From the NCBI GenBank assembly GCA_012295275.1, contig CM022675.1, forward strand, positions 15,500,001-15,564,000: DNA of 64,000 nucleotides, written 5' to 3'. Below the pieces are notes generated by a model, which saw only the letters and a program-made list of their open reading frames with translations, had not been told where the DNA came from and made no database searches. This stretch comes from Chrysomallon squamiferum. Lineage: Eukaryota > Animalia > Mollusca. Both the position numbers and the translations under genes were made by a program. Below, piece by piece: positions 24,463 through 38,700 of the stretch (within the stretch, counting starts at the first letter, position 1; each line of letters starts with the position of its first letter).

Positions 24463-26399
24463 ATATCAAGGTAATTATTTTGGTTTTTAATATAATAATT
24501 ACATTGAAATAAATATATTGTTTTTATATAACAGTTACTTCAAAGTAAATATGTTTTTTTTATAAATAATTATATCATAGATTATATTGTTTTTAATATA
24601 ATGTCAAATAATTATATTATTGTTATGTATAACCAAATATAATGCTTTCATACAGTAATTATATCAGAGTAAACATACAGGTTTCAAATAATAATTATAA
24701 TTATATTTACAGGAATTGTTTTCAGTTCACTCATATTTAATAAAGATGCGATTGTTAAAATACACATTTGCTTTGTTATAACCTTTACATTTTTGTTTCT
24801 GTATTTATTTATTAAACAGTTTGAGGAAGATACACACTTAATATGTGAATTGTTATCAACTAATTTATGATAACATTAAGATTGTTCACAGTTACTTTCT
24901 ATCCGTTTTATCTTAACACTAGTATATTACACAACTTCAGCTCGTAACGAGATTTAGAAAAATACTGGTATTATTTAATCAAGTCTAAATATGAAAAGAA
25001 AAATAACAAACAACAGCAGTCAATTTATTTTTCACTTTTTGTTTCTTTTAAAGTTTTGTTTTTATTAATTTATTTATTTTTTAATTATTATTATTTATTA
25101 TTCTTATTAGTATTTGTTTATCATCAACGAATAGCTTAATAACAAGGGAGACCACTCAACCTACACTAAAGCAAATTTTAACAAAGCAGTCAGCAGTTTA
25201 AACAACTTCATTCATTTGTCTTGAATTCTATTCAATATTATTCAGATCATACACTTTCATTAGTTTAGCCACTGTACTTCAGTTTTACTTACCTAAAAGT
25301 TCAGAGTTAATACAAACAGAGGTCATAATGCAAGGTATTTCCCACAGTAAACTAAAAATAAATATTAGAAACACAATTAGAAAATTAGTGTTTAATCACT
25401 GCAGCAGAAACATAACATATGGAAGAAATTAAGAAAACAATATTTAATTAAGAATAATTGTACACTTGATCTACCAACCAAATTAAATTAAATAAACAAG
25501 AAAATAATAATTAACTACATGAAAGAAACTTTTGCATTTCTGTTTTATTTATATTAGCGTACTGGTTCAGCCTCTTTATTTCTAAATGAAATCAGTTTTT
25601 CTCCACGTTATTTGAAAATCTGGAAATGATCAAATTTGACAGTCATAAATATTTCCTTAATTCATGTGTGTTATCACTATTAATCAACATGAATGAACTC
25701 ATCAAATCTGTTTTTATTCTTCTTCAGTCAATTTTCTACATATACAGGCAACAGCATATGAGTCACATAGGTAAAAATAAAAATAAAAATCCAAATTACT
25801 CTTCTTTAGAAAAACAAATATTCATCATTTCCTCATTTAGTATGCAAAATATATAGCATAGCATATTAAATAAATAAATAAATAAATAAAAAGGTTCTTC
25901 ATTATTCAGCACAGCTAATTCATGATAGCCACTCAAGTACAGTATCAGAACTGTCAGACTTTTCACTCTCATTGTCTGTTCTCTTATTATTATTTTGAAC
26001 AGAATATATAACAGATTATATAACAGATTAAGGATATAATTTGTGAAAAGAAATATGTATGAAAAAGCGTCTGTTAACTTTGTTTCTGACGTCACCGTTT
26101 CCGAGAAGTACGTAAGACGTCAGTAAGCGACTGACGTTGTTGACAGCTAACACACAGTGGCGACTCGGGCAAGGCAGAGTATTTTATGCCAGCTTTGAAT
26201 ACGAGAAAAACTCTGCAAGCTAAACATTTCCATACAGACTAAAAATATATATGGTTCGATTTACTGTATTATAAGATTTAAACGTAAAATAACATGTTTC
26301 GATAAACATTTTGAAGAAATGCTTCTGATAAAGAAATAATGAGAGGACGTATACTTCTCTGTGTTTGTGTATAATTTATGCACTCTTAATTTTTTGTCT

Positions 26400-28760
26400 T
26401 TTCTTTCTTTCTCTAGGTCTTCCATAATTATCTCCCTTTCTTAGAATCGTACAGTAGATGCAGTTAAGATTTTATTTCAAATACATATTAATGTGACAGG
26501 ATTAGTGGGCATTTACGTGTGCACTTGTGTGAATGACGTGTGTATGTGTGTAAGAAAGTGTGGATGTACGGGGATTCTGTTAGAGAGGCACGTGTGTGTC
26601 TGAAAGCGAGTGTACAGGATGATGTCTGTTGCTGTTTGGGAATGTGAAAGGAGGAGTGGGTACATACGTGTGTATCTGTAAGAAAGTGTGGATGTGTGTT
26701 AAAGAGAGAAGATGGGTATGTACACGTGTGGGTGAAAGAGAGTGTGCATGTGTATGGGTGTGTTTGCGTTGAAGTGATTGGGAAAGGAGTGGGTACATAC
26801 GTGTGTATGTGTAAAAAAGTGTGGTTATACGTATTTGTGTGTTAGAGAAAGGATAAGTATATGCATGTGTGAATGAAAGAGAGTGTGCACGTGTTTGGTA
26901 CATGTGATGAAGTGTGGTAAGCACGCGAATGTGAAAGGAGAGTCGGTATATAACAGAGTGTGAAAGATGTAGTGATATGTACATGTGTGAGAGATAGACA
27001 GTGTACACGTGAATGGGTGTGTGTTAGGGTGGGTACATAACAAAGTGTGAAAGGTGTAGTGGTATATACATGTGTGAATGAAAGACAGGTACATGTGTAT
27101 GGGTGTAGTATGGGTGTGTGTTAGGGTGTGTGTTAGGGTGTGTGTTAGGGTGGGTACATACAGAGTGTGAAGGGTGTAGTGATATATACATGTGTGAGTG
27201 AAAGACAGAGTACATGTGAATGGGTGTAGTATGGGTGTAGTATGGGTGTGTGTTAGGGTGTGTGTTAGGGTGTGTGTTAGGGTGGGTACATACAGAGTGT
27301 GAAGGGTGTAGTGATATATACATGTGTGAGTGAAAGACAGGGTACATGTGAATGGGTGTATGGGTGTGTGTTAGGGTGTGTGTTAGGGTGGGTACATAAC
27401 AGAGTGTGAAAGGGTGTGTAAAAGGTGGTTGAGATATTTGTGGAGATGAGTTAAGGTAATAATTAAATAATGTAAGATAATTTCTTTTCTTTAAAAAATA
27501 CTTAATATTTTCTTTTAGGTGTTGATATTTCTTGTTCTTTTTAATTGTTGATAATTAATGTATATGTAGCACTTTGTGAACGAGGTGAATGTCGAAGAAT
27601 AATTAAGCTGTAACCTGCTCTGACTCTGCCTTGATCTCAACTGTCTGCTGGGAGGTTAAAGATCGGATTCTGATTTTTCAAAATTAGCATCCAGGATTCT
27701 TTTACAAATATGATATATATTACATTACTATGTACTCGTACACAGATAATACTTCACGTATATATATTATATTACTATGTACTCGTACACAGATAATACG
27801 TCACGTATATATATTATATTACTATGTACTCGTACACAGATAATACTTCACGTATATATATTATATTACTATGTACTCGTACACAGATAATACGTCACGT
27901 ATATATATTATATTACTATGTACTCGTACACAGATAATACGTCACGTATATATATTATATTACTATGTACTCGTACACAGATAATACGTCACGTATATAT
28001 ATTATATTACTATGTACTCGTACACAGATAATACGTCACGTATATATATATACTTATTATCATTATATATCCGATATCATTTATTTTGTTGGACCATATA
28101 AATCTATGTCCAAATTAGTTTAGTATTCATTTCATTAAGCCGACCCTTCTAAATCTGTTTTTTCATAGTGTATGTCACAAGAAACATATATTTTTTGTGA
28201 CACTAAACAACATATTTTTGTGTTTATTGAAGTCTTTGATTAAACAACATGTATTTTATTCATAATTTAGGATTGGGATTATTTGAAGTAGCCTTAGGGA
28301 TTCACTAAATAAATAAATGTATTTTGATTTAATTCTCCCTCATGTTAATTAACATAAGAAATAAGAACTTTAAGAAGAAATGTATAGTTATATTTAAATG
28401 ATTTAATAATTAAGTGACTAAAAAATTACGGAAAAAGTAAAATTAAAATAGATTAATTTTAATTTTTTAAATCCTTCATTATAAATATGAGAAATGTAGA
28501 TATGAATTATTAAATGAGTGGTATTCACTTTTATTGTTTCAAACTAAATTGTATATATATTGTGTAATATTAAATGTTAGTAAACGATAAGAAAATTCAT
28601 AGAAAAGCAAATAAATGAAAATTGCTAAATAAATAAATAAATACAAATTAAAAATTCAGCATATAAATAAATAAATAAATAAAAAAGAAAGTAAGTAAAT
28701 AAGGAAGTATATAAGTAGGTGAACAAATAAATAAATAAATGAAAGTTTCAAATATTTTCA
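26400..28760 (+). repeat. ~2-kb direct repeat copy B, with GT-rich/TTAGGG block and an internal 47-bp array
   Basis: Colinear with 16740-18700. Confidence 0.93.
27715..28052. repeat. 47-bp minisatellite, ~7 copies
   Basis: TATTACTATGTACTCGTACACAGATAATAC(G/T)TCACGTATATATATTA; absent at the matching position of copy A (~18030-18050). Confidence 0.95.
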
Positions 28761-28844
28761 AATGATTTCTTTATTTCATGTATTTTGAAAAACATTCTGA
28801 CCAAGTAATCTTTAAGAAAAATATTTAAACAAAGTGAGAATTGT

Positions 28845-28979
28845 TTGTATCTAAAATGCAGCGACACGGAGTCACCTGGTGAGTGATGACACCCCCACCT
28901 CGTAGTGGCTAATACGGTAATTTGTACTTGAAAATGGATTACCGGGGGACTGTTCACCATAGGTACAAAACAAAATATC
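28845..28979. mobile_element. ~135-bp MITE-like element, copy 1
   Basis: Near-identical reverse-complement copy at 61685-61821; ends TTGTA(T/C)CTA ... TAGGTACAA form a short TIR. Confidence 0.65.
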
Positions 28980-29008
28980 TGAAGTGTGTGTGTAAGCGTG
29001 TGCATAGA

Positions 29009-29124
<116 letters not shown>

Positions 29125-30610
29125 GTGACTATATAATAAAACGAAACTGATACACATTTTTTTTCTCTAAATATCCCATCAAAATATTATGTAGTATTTT
29201 CATAATAAAGAATTCATTTTAAATCAGATCTTAATTTATCATGGGTTTTTGTTATTCTTTCTTCTGAGCTTTTTTGTTTTTGTTTATTTGTTGTTTGTGT
29301 GTGTGTATGTGTGTGTATGTGTGTGTTTTTTTTTTTTTTTGTGATGAATCGTTATTATTATTATTATCACTATCATCATCATCATCTGTGTATTAATTAG
29401 CTGATATTATAGTTTATATTAACGAACTCCATGTATGTAATATTAATTATCACCAAATAAGCTATAGTTTAATATGATTATAAAAAATAGCAACCTTGTT
29501 CATGATGCTATGTAATTATTCATAACTTCATTAATGAAGTAAATTGCAGAACGAATAATGTAGTTACTGTACGATTGTATAGGCGAAAAATAAATAAATA
29601 AATAAATATGGTTAATCACATTGGCGAGAAATACTTTCATTTTATTTTAAATTGACAAACACTGGAATGGTTACCACAGAAAGTGATTCCAGACAGAACT
29701 ACCGCAAGGAGGTGACACATCAGGTTACGTTGACCCATTTTTGATTTGCACGAGTCCTGAGGCACGTACGGGATTCACAACACCTGTTTTTGACGCCCCA
29801 CCATTCGACTTCTGTATACTCGAGTCCTGCTAACTCAAACACAACTTTCTAGAGACCAACAGCCAGTTTCAGTCAGTTGTATAAGAAAGTGTTGTTATCC
29901 TCTTTTTGTTCCCTGTGATAATTTGCACGTCGCTGACTTTTCGTACATGCAAAAGACGTGATAATTGTGTTCTTAATCAAAACTTTAATTGGACTAATTA
30001 TTCAAAATCTAAACTGAGATAATTAATTACATTTAAAATAAAATATCCTATAAACGTTTGAACTAAATATTTAGCGAAATTTTAATAAATTATTTAATAT
30101 TCAAAGTAACATTAACAGATCCACTAACAATATTAGTGAGAATGGATCGAGAATCAGAAAATGCCAGAGTGGAAGGGACAGAGATGATGACGATGTTGAT
30201 GACGTTATTAGCAGGATGTAGCAGCAGTGACAAATATAATGGACAAATAGCTAGAGATGAGCGGTATGAATGACTTCGTGAAACAGAAAAATATTTGTTT
30301 TACACAAAACCAGAGACACGTTGTTACGTACGATGCACGTTACTGAGAAAGAGTCGTAACGTTAGCAGTTATTTAGAGAGGAAAAAGTAAAATAGTCTAC
30401 TGCAATAACAGTAACACAAATAGTGGAACACCTGAGCTGATCAAACACCAGTGCAATAGCAACCCTAAGGATTCGGTCTTAGTTACAATACCTGTAGGGT
30501 CTGATACTTTTGTTCTGTTGTTTTTTAGCCTTGCTTTTTTCTTTCTTTCTTTCTATCTTTGTTATTGTTATTATTATTATTATCATTATCATCATCGTCG
30601 TCATCATCGA

Positions 30611-30643
<33 letters not shown>

Positions 30644-31299
30644 TATTACTGTTATTGTTCCTATTGTTGCTGGTGTTGGTGTTGTTACCTTTGCTTCTTT
30701 TTGTGCATGTTTAGGTATATTTGAAATATAGTGTATCTGTTTTACATATAAACAGTCTTTTGCCTTTCAGTTTTAACTTCTTTTTTCTCCTGTACCCACG
30801 CGTTCCCCAACATTGTCTGTGTGCAGTCTAACATACGTCTGTAGAATATGTCCATTCCTAAACACATACGAACATTCCAAATACACACATACACCCGCAC
30901 GTACCTGTGTATACAAATACACGTACATAAATACGTACATACGAATGTACAATCATATAGACAGATATACATACATAGATACATACATACACACATATAC
31001 ACATACATGCACAAACACATACAACTAAAACTATATATATGTGTGTGTGTGTGTGTATATGTATGTATATATATATATATATAGATAGATAGATATATGC
31101 ATATGTACATACATACAAATGTATATACGAACGTACACTCAGACATCATAATTACATACATAAACATATATATGCATTCATGCATACATACAGACATACG
31201 TACATACACGAAAGTGAGGTGTCTTTTGTACTGATCATCTCAGTTGTTAGCGTAGTGTACTAGAGGGGTTTAGAGAAACTCGCTATACAAATTGTTTAA

Positions 31300-31510
31300 C
31301 TAAATAACCGCGTACTGGTGCTTCTGCATTTAACTTGTTATTTATAATTCAGACAATTGTCAGTAAGTTTAGTAAAGTAATATGGTGAGTGTAAAACAGT
31401 CAGAAAGTACGTAGCTAGTCTACAACCTGCTGAGGAGTCGGACATGAGACAGCTTGACAGTTAATTTTGTACTCGCTGTTATCTCACTTTTATCAGGAAA
31501 GCAAAAAAAT
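31300..31510. repeat. Dispersed element with an inverted copy at 47560-47700 + 47955-48020
   Basis: CTACAACCTGCTGAGGAGTCGGACATGAGACAGCTTGACAGTTAATTTTGTACTCGCTGTTATCT is the exact reverse complement of ~47581-47646. Confidence 0.88.
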
Positions 31511-32454
31511 AAAAATAAAAATTGTCCGATTTAAAAAATGTATCCTAAGGTCATCACAAAATTTACAAGTAAATTAAACTATTTTATTATTGACAGATAA
31601 AAACATTTATCTACGGGAAACCAAGAAATCGGTAGCATGCAGAAGTTCTTTGATTTACATTTCACCCGGGCCGACCTTCACCACGTGACACCAGATCAAC
31701 CCCATACGTCTGTCTCTACGTGAAACGTTTACCCATAAAAGGCAATAAATACCAAAATTTAAATTAATGTACACCTACAAAAAACTGAATTTCTGCACAT
31801 GGTCTCGTTTTACAAATGACACACTGATATCGTATATTAAAATATTTGCAAAAATGTTTTCTAAATTCAGAGAAAATTTATCTCCTACTTTAGCAAATTT
31901 TCAAACTGCTAATATTCATTACCTGATATTGTCTTCTTAATAGTCTGTGAATATCAAAATTACTTTCATGTCCATCACGACCAAAAAAACTTTTAATAAA
32001 CAAAACACACCTTACAAAATAGTGCATATTGTATGACTACAACATAAACACATACAATAACAAATATAAAATAACAACAATAACAATAATAATAATAATA
32101 ATAATAATAAAAATGCTAAATGTAAAAAGATGATCACGCATAAACAGTTTAAAGAAATATTTTTGCAATGCTCAGTGAAATATTCAACAAAAAATAGAAT
32201 AAAATAAAGTTATAGAACTAACACTTTAACAAAATACACTTGTTTTATTGCACTGATTTTAATTTGTATATTTTATATGATAGTAAACAGAGCATGGCAT
32301 TAGAAATCCATGAAGTTGTTTTCACTCATAAAATTTAAAGCAGTTAAACGAATTAAAGCGATTTTCTGATAAAATAGGTAGCATCTGCTAAACTTGAACA
32401 AGATGAAACACGACCTTCTACAAAAATTAATTAAGATACAGAACATCTTCTGAC

Positions 32455-32460
32455 TATAAA
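32455..32460 (+). promoter_or_regulatory. TATA box of the EGF-ShKT gene
   Basis: TATAAATAAAGG 60-65 bp upstream of the ATG at 32520. Confidence 0.55.
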
Positions 32461-32519
32461 TAAAGGAAACATTTCTGTGTAGACATCAGAGATCAGAGAA
32501 GACGAGAACTGTTGTAAAA

Positions 32520-32926
32520 ATGCTGTTGTTACAAATATTTGTTGTTTGCATGGTAATGTTATATTCGACTTGTCAGAGTAAGTATTATATTTATTTATAC
32601 ATTTGTTCTTATTTCAAACAAATTCTTTATTACTTTTTTCTTTATTTTTTTTTTATCTTTTGAAACTACATATTAAATGTGGCTGATAATCGTCTATGTG
32701 TATGTATGTATGTGTGCGTGTGTCTGCGTGCGCGCGTGTAAGGGCGTTTGTGTATGTGTATGTGCTGGAGATAAGTCGAGCTATTAATATCTCAATATCT
32801 TTTTCTTTTTCCTTTTTACCTTTTCTTTATGTTTCCGTACATTATCAACTAAGTATGTACGTTACATGTATATGGTTCCTTAGAAATATAGCACATATAT
32901 ATAAGATATGATTTACAAATGATATA

Positions 32927-32990
<64 letters not shown>

Positions 32991-34800
32991 GATACATTTA
33001 TTTGTGTAATATTAATAATCGGCTTTAAAGATGGATAATTGTTTCTAAGTTTAGGCTAATTTAACTAATTCAAATTAATACAGATAAATTGATGTGTAGA
33101 TATCGAGGATTCTGATGTAATTTATTTAATTTTAATTCTGATTTATTTAAAGATTGCCAGAACGGCGGAACACCAGTGAATAATACCTGCATTTGCACAG
33201 CTCAGTGGTATGGAGCCGCATGCAACATCAGTAAGAATAATTATTTCATTATTATTTTGATGATGCTCTTAACATTTTTCGTTTCTTATGTTTTTCTAAG
33301 TGTGCATTGATTTCTGGCTTGTTTCTATTTTGTTTGTTTGTTTGGATATTGTTTGTTTCTTTTTTTTTTTTTTTTTTTTTTTTTGTGTGTTTGCTCTTTA
33401 TTTGTTTGCTTTTAAGATATTACGCTGTTTAATGATTCTTACTACTCATTAAACTGTCGCAAACACTCGCTTTTCTCGCTAAAGTAAATATAATGTTATT
33501 TAATACTCTATTCTACTATAGACTCTACTATACTCTACTCTATTCTACTTAAGTGTAAACTCTATTCTACTCTACTCTACTGTACTATACTATACATTAC
33601 TACACTGCATTATGCTTTACTATGTATGATGTATTATACTGGTTTATTATTACACTTTCCTGCACTATACTTCATTACAGTATGCTATATTATATTACAG
33701 TTTTAGAATTAATTAACCTGTATGTAATTAATATTTAATATATTGCAAAAGATTTATATAACTGATGAAAGGTTTTATTCATGAGAATAATTACGTCTGA
33801 TTACACTAATAAATTTTAATAATGGACTTTATTTAACAAACAAAAAATGTATACGCTTGTACTTTAGAAGAATCCTTCACCATGGATTATATATATTATA
33901 TTAACGAAAAAAAATAAAATAAAAAATAGCTAAATTAATGATGTATTCCCACACCCTAAGAAAATTATTTAAATAAAATAAAAAATAAAAAATAAATAAA
34001 GCAAAGAAAAACACATTTCACATAAATAACCTTTAACTGTAGTATGCACAGAGGTCTAGTCAATTACAGTGCATTCTTTGTTCTTGTTTTGTCATCAGGT
34101 TGTGCCGCTGGAGCTCAGGCTGCAGCTGCAACAGCCTTTACAACCTCGTGTACGTTATCAATCGTCTCTAACAACTGCAAACAATCTTGCGGAACTTGTA
34201 CAAGTAAGTGTACTTTAAGTTGTCGTAGAACTTACGTTTATTGTGACATTGTAAGTACAATATATATCGAAAATAAAATAATCACACTTTATGTTCTGTT
34301 TGTGTTAGCGGTTAACAGGTTTCTTATTACATTAGTGAGGTGTTTTAAATTATTAAAATTCTGTTGAAAACTCAATAAATAATCAGTAGAAAATAATTAT
34401 ATAAAAAGATGGTGAAGATATTAGAGATAAGCGTGATAATGACTTAAAATAATAGGACGATTCCAAAAACAAAATTGACAACGATAACAACAATAACAAC
34501 AACAATTATAATAATGATAATGACGACGATTATGATAGTACTGATATGATAGTGATAATGACTGTGATGATGATGATTATGATGATGAAAATAATGAAGT
34601 GATGATGATAATTATGATAATGATGATAATAATGATTATGATGGTGATGATATTGTTTTTTCGCAGCACCGTGGGGATGCGCTGACAGAGGTACTTGGTT
34701 CTGCAGAATAATGACTCAGCGAAGTCAACAATCTGGAACTGCTACATTCTGTGCTGCATTTCCTCCTGCAAATCCACGTACCTGCGCAAAAATTTGTTAA
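32520..34800 (+). CDS. Small secreted cysteine-rich protein, 124 aa: signal peptide + EGF-like + two ShKT-like domains. Exons 32520-32577, 33153-33230, 34099-34203, 34667-34800
   Basis: All introns GT-AG and phase 1. Joined translation MLLLQIFVVCMVMLYSTCQN-CQNGGTPVNNTCICTAQWYGAACNI-SCAAGAQAAAATAFTTSCTLSIVSNNCKQSCGTCT-TPWGCADRGTWFCRIMTQRSQQSGTATFCAAFPPANPRTCAKIC*; CxxxCxxC ShK signature in exon 3. Confidence 0.82.
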
Positions 34801-37800
34801 TGTAATATGTCTTATTATTTGTTCAATATTAATTGAACTTTCAGTGTAAGGATGTTCTGTTAAAAACACTAATTCTGGTAGTATTTCATTATTTTTCAGA
34901 AAACAGAAATTGTAAACAACAAACTAGCAGTAAAACACGTCACTGTTCATTTAAAAAAAATAAATAATCTAAACAGTTATGATATTTATTTTATTTTTAC
35001 TCTAAGGTAATTTTATTTTAATGTTCTAAGGAGAGTTAATGTCAAACCTCGCTTAGGTCGCCACTGTTGGTCACTTGACATAAAAAAGCATTTAAACTCT
35101 AGAAGCCTAAAATTGCCAATTCAAGGCATTTATGTATTTTTAACTGTGTAGTGTGCTTCCTTATTAATCTGAGCTGGAATGTCATAGAGATGATGAGTTC
35201 AAACTCACAAACTTCGATATCTGATAAGACAAATTCTGAATAGTTTTTAGTCATAGAAATGACAAAGTTAATTTATATTTTTTGCGAGTCAAATTTTATA
35301 TGATGGCTTCCTCGATAGTCCATGTATCTGTAGAACTCAATGGAAATGTAGATCTAAGGATTATTTTAACACCATCAAGACGAGATATATATATATACAC
35401 ACACAAGTTCAGCTGACCAGCTACAAGATCTTGTCGTAGCACCGGTATTACTGTGAAGTTTCACGACAGATTTAGTTTGAGAATTATTTTTGGAATTTCT
35501 TAGGACCGACGTACTCCCAAGCTGTGGTATCACTACTGAACTAGAGCGATCTGAAGAGACAAGTTGAGCAAACGTATTTTACAATTTTAGAATTAATTGA
35601 TGTGTGAACAAACAAATTCATTAACCAGTTATATCAATTTGATCAGACAGGAAATGGTTATCAAAAATAGCCGTTTTTTCAAAATGGCAGCCACGAAATG
35701 AATTTAGATCAATAGAGTTTTGAACTTTTGTGACAATATCCCCAGAATATAGAGGCTTTGATGGTAGATTTAGTTTAAATATGATTCAATAGTACAAAAT
35801 TATGATGCTACTAAGTAGCTAGAGACAGGTGTGCTAATAATCATTATCAGTTTCTCCCATGAATGACACCATTTTGGTCAGAAGATTAACAGCAATGGCG
35901 TTTGAGATATTGGCAGCAAACTGTTTGGAACACACGATCAGATATAGCAGTTTTTCAACATGGCCGCCGCCAGAAACATTTGGGAGAAATTCCGGTGCAA
36001 AAATATTTGTAAGATGATGCCAAAACAAAAGCTAACATCAAACCTTCTGAATACTCGAGGTTCTAAAATTCTATTTTCTAATCTTCTTTTGAAAATCAGC
36101 TTTTGAACAATGTACAAAGATAAACATAATTTCGAAGTCGTACAAAAATATGTCCATGAAAAAGTCGTCGAAGTCTGTGACACTAGACAACATCCAAACA
36201 TTATCTACCACATCCTGTGAATTATCTGCAAAGAGAAATACTACACATCTTTAAATATACATACTAATTATTATAACTTGTAATAGCGTATGTAAAAATA
36301 GTCGAAATACATAATACTGATTATATATTTCCTACTTATTTACTAATTATAATTTATTAAGGAAATATATAAAAGTATTTTTCGTTTTGTACGCCTTCTT
36401 GTATATTAATTTATAAACTGATAAATCCGGTGTTTTGAAATCCTTCTTCTTTATCTTTTTTCAATAAGAAATATGTTCATTTCTAATGTCAGAATCTTAA
36501 ATATAAAACTAACTTGAGATATCAAAATTAAAATGTTCCTAATATGTGGTTATTGTTCTAACCCTCTGCACCAGTTTCTAACTGAAAACAACCCAACACG
36601 ATACGTGCCTTCTAGAAAATAATAGTAACAGCAACAATAATAACAGCAAAAACAATTTTTAGAAAAAACAATTTTCCACATAAGGATTATCAAAAATTAT
36701 TCGAAAAATATGTATTTATAAATAAAAACTGAAAATATGAACAATAATATTAAGTGTGAAACTATCAAGGAAATAACTAAAGTGATATTTTGAAACTGCT
36801 ATCACATAAATATTGTATTTTCTATGAAAAAAAAGAAGAAAACAAATAAATATATAAATAATCATAAATAACATTTAACAGCTAAAGCGTAGCCGCATAT
36901 AATAGTTGGGATTTTAATTTGTAAGTAATTATATTAACAATAGACTGTGTAAAAGCAAAGTGATATACTATGTTGTTTTGTTTTGTTAATTCACATTTCA
37001 TACTGAAGTAATAAATCATTAATAAATCCATGTATTAATTTACCTTTGGTGCATTTCTACTGGAAGAGTTAAGGTTGGAGGAAATATAATATGGTATAAT
37101 CAGAATGATTATATGAATCATTTTGTTTATGTTATTGCAATTGCTGATGTAGTTTAAAAATATAAACAGCCTGTAGAATGTATTGAGCTTGTTGTCTTAG
37201 TAGTTGTTGCAGTAGTAGTCGTAGTCGCAGTAGCAGTAACCGCAGTCGTAATGGTGTAATAAATATAATAATAATAATAATCACATTATAATTATAATCA
37301 TTTTCCTACTCATCATCTGTTTCATACATAGTTTTTTTGTTGTTTTTTTTGTTTTTTTATAATTGTCTTTCACCGACGGCGCGCGCGTGTGTGCTTTAAA
37401 CACTCTTATCAAACACATTTCACATAATTACGAGTTCACTGTGTACCCGAGTTCATTAAAGTATTCTAATATTCAGTCGCTGTACTGGACATCTATAGAG
37501 CATTTCATGACAAAGATTTTAAATGTTATTTTGACAGAATCCTCAAACCTGTGTGTGAATTCTATTTTAAAATTAAAGTGCTACTAATTTCTTTTAAATT
37601 TTGATTATGATGATAATAATTACACTTACCCTTTAAACTAATTTCGACATTCCAAGGTCTATGAACAGTGTGAAATTCTGAAGAAAAATAAACTTCAGAT
37701 ATAATAATATTATCATCCTCGTGTTTGTCGTGGTCGTCGTCATCATCATCTTCATTATTATTAGTCTTATTGTTATTACTACTAGTAGTTGTAGTAGTAG

Positions 37801-38009
37801 TGCTGTTGATATTAGTAATTCTCCGAACTATATAGCTTTTTGTAGTTTTTTTCTTCTTGTTTTCTTCTTATTTTTTTATGTTTGTGTATATTTTTATGTT
37901 CTGCTTGATTTGCTGATGCGTACTCAAACGTGTGAAAGTATTTAAAAGCAAAAGTTCCCATTACCGAATTGAACGGAATTTGTATCTGCAGGAAATGATT
38001 GAAAACGGG

Positions 38010-38700
38010 TGAGAAATTCCAGTCGTTTTGAATATCTTTATAATTAAAAAGGTAGTTTTAAGTTCGGAGTGTACCAATCTATTATTGTGTGACCGCGATA
38101 GATGACGTCACGAACAGGTGCTTAGTCTGAAGAAACTTTTGTCAGCTGACATATTGATTATTAGATTAATTAGAATTTAATGAATTGCATTAATCTGTCT
38201 GCGAAGTTTATTGTAGTGTTGACGAGTCTAACCAGAAAAATTGTGATGAACACACCAAATATTTAATTCATCTTCAACTAAATAATCTAAGTATGTGAAT
38301 GTTTGTTGTTGATTTTTTTTATATAGTATTTTCCGCGTGATTTGTAGATACGGACTCAAAAATATGAAAGTTGGCATTTATTTGAAAGAAAAAAACCCGT
38401 TATCTAATTAAAGAACATTTATATTTACAATGTAAAATTCTAGAAAACAAGTGAGAAAATGCAGCGTATTCGTTTTGAATTTCTTTATAATTACAAAAGT
38501 GGTTAACAGTTCGGTCTGAACCAGTCAATTTCTACACGACCGCGACTGATGATGTCACAAAGAGGTACTTGGTGTGAAAAAGTTTGGATGGTAGACATAT
38601 TTATTAACGGAAGATTAATTTGAATTTAATGAACTGCATTAATCTGTCTTTGGATGTTTCTGTATATTAAGAGCTCCGATCAGAAAAAATTAGTTATGTA
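38010..38700 (+). repeat. Diverged tandem duplication (~38010-38260 vs ~38470-38700)
   Basis: Shared TCGTTTTGAAT.., GACCGCGA..GATGA(C/T)GTCAC, GAATTTAATGAA.TGCATTAATCTGTCT, CAGAAAAA. Confidence 0.8.

Noticed and set aside
28915-28960. U1 snRNA-like AATTTGT...GGGGGACTG
   Set aside because: Only two short words match; no ATACTTACCTG 5' end and the spacing is wrong.
30142-30273. Short ORF MDRESENARVEG... (43 aa)
   Set aside because: No motif, homology or splice support.
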